Part shown: positions 56,800 to 64,000 of the stretch, one piece after another | How positions within the stretch are numbered: position 1 is the first letter of the stretch | How the letters are laid out: each line of letters starts with the position of its first letter | NCBI GenBank assembly: GCA_020718105.1 | Contig: DYDA01000008.1 | Location: 5,553-69,552, forward strand | Length of the DNA stretch: 64,000 nucleotides | Direction of reading: 5' to 3' | DNA from: Micavibrio sp. | GTDB lineage: Bacteria > Pseudomonadota > Alphaproteobacteria > UBA9219 | Translations under genes and position numbers: made by a program | Notes under the pieces: generated by a model | What the model was told of the DNA's origin: nothing | What the model saw: the letters and a program-made list of their open reading frames with translations, nothing else | Databases searched by the model: none

Positions 56800-58008
56800 A
56801 TGTATAAACAACGCCTCAAGCCTACCGCGATCCAGCGCACGTCCGTTCTTCACCTGACTCGTGATTTAGAAGTTGGGGCGCAGGCGCGTGAGGTTGTCGA
56901 TTTGGCCATTCAAACCCATCGCGCAGGATGGCGGCCCTTGGTGGTATCGGCGGGGGGGGCTTTGGTGCTAGAGGCTGAGCGCGCCGCTGTGCGCCATACC
57001 GCGTTGCCTCTTGAAACATGTAGCCTGTGTCGTGGGTGGCTGAACCGCACGCGGATTGAAAAGCTGATTGATCGTGAGCATCCTGTCTTGATCCATGCGC
57101 ATGGTTTTGAAGTTGCCGCGTTGGCCAGCAAGGTGGCCGTGAAAAAGCATTTGCCCTTTTTGATTGATCTGACAGAAACCGCGCCCGTCACGAAAAGCCT
57201 TAAAAAGGCGCTTCAACTGGCCGCCAACAGGGGCGCTCGTTTTCGCGTGCCTTCCGCTTATATGGCGCAGCATTTACGCGAGGATTTTAAGTTGGATACG
57301 GCCTTTTTGTATCATATTGCTTCTGGCGTTGATCTTCAGTGGTTTGATGCGGTGCGCGTGACGCCAGAGCGCATCAACAATCTCTATAAGTTGTGGCGTC
57401 TGCCCGAGCAAGCCACGGTCATCGTTATGGCTACGCCTTTTGCCGCAGGCTATGGGCACAAAACTCTTTTAGCGGCGCTGGCCGATCTTAAAGGAACGGA
57501 TCTTTATGTTGTTCTGATCGGTGAGGACAAAACGGCGGGTATGCGCGTCGCGTTAGAAAAAGAAGTAATCGCCAGCGGCCTAGAAGGCAAAGTCATTATG
57601 CCAGAGGCCTGCACGGATTGGCCCGCCGCGTGTTGGCTGGCCAGTTTGATCGTTGCGCCCAACGCTACGGCGCGAGGGCAGGGGCCAGAGCTTTTAGCCG
57701 CGCAAGCCATTGGCCGTCCCGTTATTGTGACCGCTTGCGGTGCAAATACTGAATTTGTGAAAAAGGGGGAAACGGCTTGGGTTATTCCGCCCGATGATAA
57801 GGACGCTCTTGTCGCCGCCTTGCGTGAGGCGCTGGCGATGAGCGCGGCGCGGCGCATTGATCTGGCTTTGTGCACGCGTGATTTTGTAAGGACTTTCTTT
57901 CCGATGGAAACATGGCGTGATTCCATTTTTGAACTTTACGATGCCATGCTGGCGCAACCCATGATCGCGCCAGCCGCTCATCCGTCTCTTTCTCCTGAGG
58001 CCGCATGA
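56800..58008 (+). CDS. glycosyltransferase (GT4-like)
   Basis: C-terminal AQAIGRPVIVTACGANTEFVKKGETAWVIPP pattern of GT-B retaining transferases; start chosen at an internal Met. Confidence 0.5.
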   Translation: MYKQRLKPTAIQRTSVLHLTRDLEVGAQAREVVDLAIQTHRAGWRPLVVSAGGALVLEAERAAVRHTALPLETCSLCRGWLNRTRIEKLIDREHPVLIHAHGFEVAALASKVAVKKHLPFLIDLTETAPVTKSLKKALQLAANRGARFRVPSAYMAQHLREDFKLDTAFLYHIASGVDLQWFDAVRVTPERINNLYKLWRLPEQATVIVMATPFAAGYGHKTLLAALADLKGTDLYVVLIGEDKTAGMRVALEKEVIASGLEGKVIMPEACTDWPAACWLASLIVAPNATARGQGPELLAAQAIGRPVIVTACGANTEFVKKGETAWVIPPDDKDALVAALREALAMSAARRIDLALCTRDFVRTFFPMETWRDSIFELYDAMLAQPMIAPAAHPSLSPEAA

Positions 58009-58769
58009 CGCGCCGCGCTTCGACCAATCCAGAAGCGACATGGTTCGGGTATCAACCCATCTTGCCAGAGGAAAAAACAACCAAAGTTGAAGCGGTATTT
58101 TCTTCGGTGGCTGACAACTATGACTTGATGAATGATCTGATGTCAGGCGGTCTCCATCGTTTGTGGAAGGATCATTTCGTGACCCTGATGCGGCCAATCG
58201 CAGGCGAAGTCATTGTGGATGTGGCGGGCGGTACGGGCGACATTGCTCTTCGGTGCGCTCAAAAAACAGATGGAAAGGGTAAGATAACCGTTTGCGATAT
58301 CAACCCCGCCATGTTGCGTGTAGGTCAAAACAAAGCCATCGATCATGGGTGGCTCAACGACATCCAGTGGACCTTGGGCAATGCCGAGGCGCTGCCTTTT
58401 CAAACCAACAGCGTTGATCTTCTCAGCATCGCCTTTGGCCTTCGCAACGTCACGCGCATCGATGACGCTTTGGCCGAATTTTTCCGCATCTTAAAACCGG
58501 GCGGGCGCTTTTTTTGTATGGAGTTTTCGCCCACGCCGATCAAACCCCTGAAGAAAATTTATGAGCTTTACAGCTTTACTGTTTTGCCGTGGCTGGGGGA
58601 AAAGGTCGCGCATGACCGTGAGTCTTATCAGTATTTGGCGGAAAGCATTCGCCAGTTTCCTGTGCCCGATGCGCTTGCTGCGCGGATGAAGAAGGCTGGT
58701 TTTGAATGCGTGCGCTGGCACGCTCTTCTGGGCGGCATTGCCGTGATTCATTCAGGCTGGAAGCTTTAG
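58005..58769 (+). CDS. ubiE: ubiquinone/menaquinone C-methyltransferase UbiE
   Basis: KVEAVFSSVADNYDLMNDLMSGGLHRLWKD...VDVAGGTGD...FCMEFS. Confidence 0.9.
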   Translation: MTRRASTNPEATWFGYQPILPEEKTTKVEAVFSSVADNYDLMNDLMSGGLHRLWKDHFVTLMRPIAGEVIVDVAGGTGDIALRCAQKTDGKGKITVCDINPAMLRVGQNKAIDHGWLNDIQWTLGNAEALPFQTNSVDLLSIAFGLRNVTRIDDALAEFFRILKPGGRFFCMEFSPTPIKPLKKIYELYSFTVLPWLGEKVAHDRESYQYLAESIRQFPVPDALAARMKKAGFECVRWHALLGGIAVIHSGWKL

Positions 58770-59314
58770 CGCTTTTGTCGATAGGCCACGATTTTTAATT
58801 TTAAAAGGCCAGCGCTTTGCGTTTCGATAGGCTCCCAGTTAGGTAAATGCGTTTCGTTCGAGAGAATAAGCGCGCCAGAGGGAAGCTCTTTCTTCAACTT
58901 TTCGGCCATACGGTCACGAATCGCGCCATTGATATAAAGGACGACGACATCAACACCCGATAAGTCATAGAGCCAGAAATCTTCGCGCTTATAGTCAACA
59001 TTGGTGACGCGCCAAAACCAACGCCTGATCTTAGAGATAAAAAAAGGCGTTATAGAGATTTCCAAACCAGTCACGCGGGCGGCAGGCAGGGCGCGGCCAA
59101 TTTCTAAAGTCAACTTACCTGTGCCAGAGCCAAGATCAAGAATGGTGAGGGGGCTTTGTGCGCCGCGCCCCGCCTCTTCTTTTTTAAGAATCTCGATCAT
59201 CTTCTGCCGGATGGAAGGAAACGAGGTCACAGTGGGGACGCCCGTTTTTAGCGTGTAAAGCTCACACGTTGCGATAAGAAACAAGACAACGCCGATGACG
59301 ACCCAAAGAAGCAA
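58766..59314 (-). CDS. small membrane-anchored class I SAM methyltransferase
   Basis: N-terminal TM then ILDLGSGTGKLTLEI motif I; 182 aa. Confidence 0.5.
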   Translation of the reverse strand: MLLWVVIGVVLFLIATCELYTLKTGVPTVTSFPSIRQKMIEILKKEEAGRGAQSPLTILDLGSGTGKLTLEIGRALPAARVTGLEISITPFFISKIRRWFWRVTNVDYKREDFWLYDLSGVDVVVLYINGAIRDRMAEKLKKELPSGALILSNETHLPNWEPIETQSAGLLKLKIVAYRQKR

Positions 59315-59339
59315 AAGAACCCCCTTAATGGATAATGTC

Positions 59340-61802
<2,463 letters not shown>

Positions 61803-61841
61803 GTTTTCTCTCTCACTTACGCTTGTCTTGCGACTCTTTAA

Positions 61842-63770
61842 TTATAGAAGGGAGTCTTGGTTGCTGTCATAGGACATTTGTTCATCTGATTCACGCGCCA
61901 AAGTTTCCATTTGTTCGCGTAGAGACATAAGGCGCGAAAGGTTCGCATCTGATGGGTCTTCGTGCCAAAGGCGACCTGCTGCTTGAAGATCGGTTTGAAG
62001 TTGTTCTTGCAAATACTTATTCCAGATAGATTTCCATCCTTGCCGCGCTTGTTCTATCGGGCGATCCGACCGCGCAAAACCAGCGTGCATAAAAGTAGCC
62101 TCTGACAAAACATCAGCCAAGCCTTTTTGCGCGCCGCTTGCGGCATCCCCCAAGGACAAATGGCGATAAAGTGCCGCCGCGTCAAGAGGTTCCTGCGAAT
62201 CTTGTGAGAAAAGGGTAACGATTTGTTGCCGAAGAGCCTCCATCGGCGGGCTGGCAAAGCCAATATGAGCCAATTCGTCGCCAAATTCGTGAAAAAGGGC
62301 AGGGTGGTTAACCATGATGGCCAAAAGCACTTTTTCTCGTAGTTTGAGCGATCCTGTGGGCTGCATGCGGTGTGGCAGGGGCGCTGAGGGGGCAAAACGA
62401 GTCGGAAAGGCTCCTGTTTTGCGCGTTTTTTCGCCTCTTTTTGACGTGTTTTGGGCGCCTTTTGGCTCCCATTGGAACAATGTGGCCAGTCTTTTTTCAA
62501 TATCGTCTTGATACAGTTTTTTGAGGTCTTCATCGCGAATCACCGCAATCTTTTGCCGCAGCGCTCTTGTGGCGGTTGAGCGATCTTCGGGTGTTTGCAA
62601 ACGCCGCCCCGCCAGTGCCATGTCCCAAATCACATCGACCATCGGCTTGGCTTGATCCAACACGGCCTGCATCGCGCTACGTCCCGCGCTACGCAAAAGG
62701 CTGTCTGGATCCTCGCCAGCAGGGAGATAGGCGACGCGCGCGGTTTGCGCGGCAGTGAGAAGGGGCAGGGCGCGATCAGCGCCACGCGCAGCGGCGCGAA
62801 GTCCCGCGTTATCGCCGTCAAAGCAAAGGATGGGGCTGTAGTCGCGTGTTGGCTCTCGCGCTTCTAGGGAGGGCAACATCTTCCACAACAAAGCCAGTTG
62901 GTCTTCGGTGAGTGCTGTGCCAAGGGGCGCGACCGCGCCGATATAGCCCGCCTCCACCAACGCAATCACGTCCATATAGCCTTCGACGACGATCAGCGGT
63001 TGGCCTTGTGCGATGGCGGCGCGGGCGCGTGACAGACCGTAAAGCAACTGGCCTTTGTGAAAGAGAGCGTGATCGGGAGAGTTCAGGTATTTCGGCTCGC
63101 CTTCGCCCATAATGCGCGCGCCAAACGCGACCGTTTGTCCGCGCCTGTCGGACACGGGGAACATCACGCGATTTCGAAAAAAGCTGTAGTGATCGGGGCG
63201 ATCCTCGGCTTTTTTGATAAGGCCAACGGCCAGCATGTCGGGCAGACCAAAGCCTTCGCCTTGAAGCTGCCGGATAAGCGCCTGCGCGTCCGAAGGCGCA
63301 TAGCCAAGGCGAAAGCGGCGTTGCGCTTCGTCTTGCAGGCCGCGTCCCAAAAGATAGGCGCGGGCTTCCCGCCCAGTAGGTTGACGCAGTTGCTCTTCAA
63401 AGAAAACGGTGGCGCGTTCTAAAAGATGGTGAAGGCTTTTTTCCTTATCAAAGCGTTCGCGTTCCATGGGGGTGTCTTGGGGAACGGCAAGGCCTGCTTG
63501 CGCGGCCAGAGTCTCAACGGCTTCAGGAAAGCTTTGCCCGTCATGGCGCATGGTAAAGCCAATGACATCGCCATGCGCCCCGCAGCCAAAGCAGTGGAAA
63601 AACTTTTTGTCGTCGTTGACGTAAAAGCTGGGCGTCTTTTCTTTATGGAAAGGACAGCAGCCCTTGAACTCCCTCCCCGCGCGGATCAGGCGTATCCGCT
63701 TGCCGACGATGTCCGACAACGTCAGGCGCTCACGCAGCTCATCCAAAAAGGTGGGGAGAAAAGTCGCCAT
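61842..63770 (-). CDS. dnaG: DNA primase
   Basis: CCPFHKEKTPSFYVNDDKKFFHCFGCGAHGDVIGF zinc ribbon, TOPRIM (EGYMDV), immediately upstream of rpoD. Confidence 0.95.
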   Translation of the reverse strand: MATFLPTFLDELRERLTLSDIVGKRIRLIRAGREFKGCCPFHKEKTPSFYVNDDKKFFHCFGCGAHGDVIGFTMRHDGQSFPEAVETLAAQAGLAVPQDTPMERERFDKEKSLHHLLERATVFFEEQLRQPTGREARAYLLGRGLQDEAQRRFRLGYAPSDAQALIRQLQGEGFGLPDMLAVGLIKKAEDRPDHYSFFRNRVMFPVSDRRGQTVAFGARIMGEGEPKYLNSPDHALFHKGQLLYGLSRARAAIAQGQPLIVVEGYMDVIALVEAGYIGAVAPLGTALTEDQLALLWKMLPSLEAREPTRDYSPILCFDGDNAGLRAAARGADRALPLLTAAQTARVAYLPAGEDPDSLLRSAGRSAMQAVLDQAKPMVDVIWDMALAGRRLQTPEDRSTATRALRQKIAVIRDEDLKKLYQDDIEKRLATLFQWEPKGAQNTSKRGEKTRKTGAFPTRFAPSAPLPHRMQPTGSLKLREKVLLAIMVNHPALFHEFGDELAHIGFASPPMEALRQQIVTLFSQDSQEPLDAAALYRHLSLGDAASGAQKGLADVLSEATFMHAGFARSDRPIEQARQGWKSIWNKYLQEQLQTDLQAAGRLWHEDPSDANLSRLMSLREQMETLARESDEQMSYDSNQDSLL

Positions 63771-64000
63771 TGAGAGATAGGTCTTTCTTGTTTTAAATCA
63801 AAAAAGGGTTCTACTCTGTTTATGGCTCTGCGCCAATTGTTTCTTAGGGCTGCGATAAAGCTTTCATGACGAGGCGCTTGGCTTTATTCGATTTTAGTCC
63901 TAGACTGCCCCTGCGCTTAAGGGTCTTTTTAAAGACCTTGGGTTATCGCAAGAAAGGACGGCAGCTATGGGCACACGCGGACGCGAGATTGTTGGTCAAA

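Overview
This window is a 64-kb alphaproteobacterial chromosomal segment of about 50-55% GC. The phylum call rests on a CtrA that is nearly identical to the Caulobacter protein, a ChpT, an LpxI, and the conserved rpsB-tsf-pyrH-frr-uppS-cdsA-dxr-rseP-bamA-skp-fabZ-lpxA-lpxI-lpxB gene order. Most of the window is housekeeping and envelope genes: gpt, an RlmI-like methyltransferase, dapA, the ribosomal and lipid-A supercluster with panD, rsmB and trpD inserted into it, LPS glycosyltransferases, rnr, nadK, and a chpT-cheA-cheW-cheY-cheB-cheR operon converging on ctrA. Further along are nagZ, ppiD, tpiA, a detached rplJ-rplL pair, a GGDEF-EAL protein, ubiE, and rpoD-dnaG. The less ordinary content is as follows. 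The intergenic DNA is littered with several families of small palindromic or MITE-like repeats: a 160-bp element with terminal inverted repeats that carries two nested hairpins, a 115-bp element with an internal 16-bp inverted repeat, a CGTCATCGCGAG family, and an (AGAGTTC)n heptamer microsatellite. A 1006-aa orphan polytopic membrane protein with a Gly-rich tail (4131-7151) sits between dapA and rpsB and is bracketed by these repeats. A tRNA-Glu(CTC) gene is followed by a tyrosine integrase, a 19-bp direct repeat of the tRNA 3' end 3.7 kb away, a large TPR protein, and an inverted TPR-coding fragment. Immediately outside that island is a low-GC module of two overlapping genes for a protein-kinase-like phosphotransferase and a nucleotidyltransferase/P-loop-kinase fusion. 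The rpoD gene carries a roughly 150-residue Lys/Ala/Pro-rich, histone-H1-like N-terminal extension. I saw no CRISPR array, reverse transcriptase or canonical toxin-antitoxin pair. All calls are from reading the sequence and translations by eye; no searches were run.
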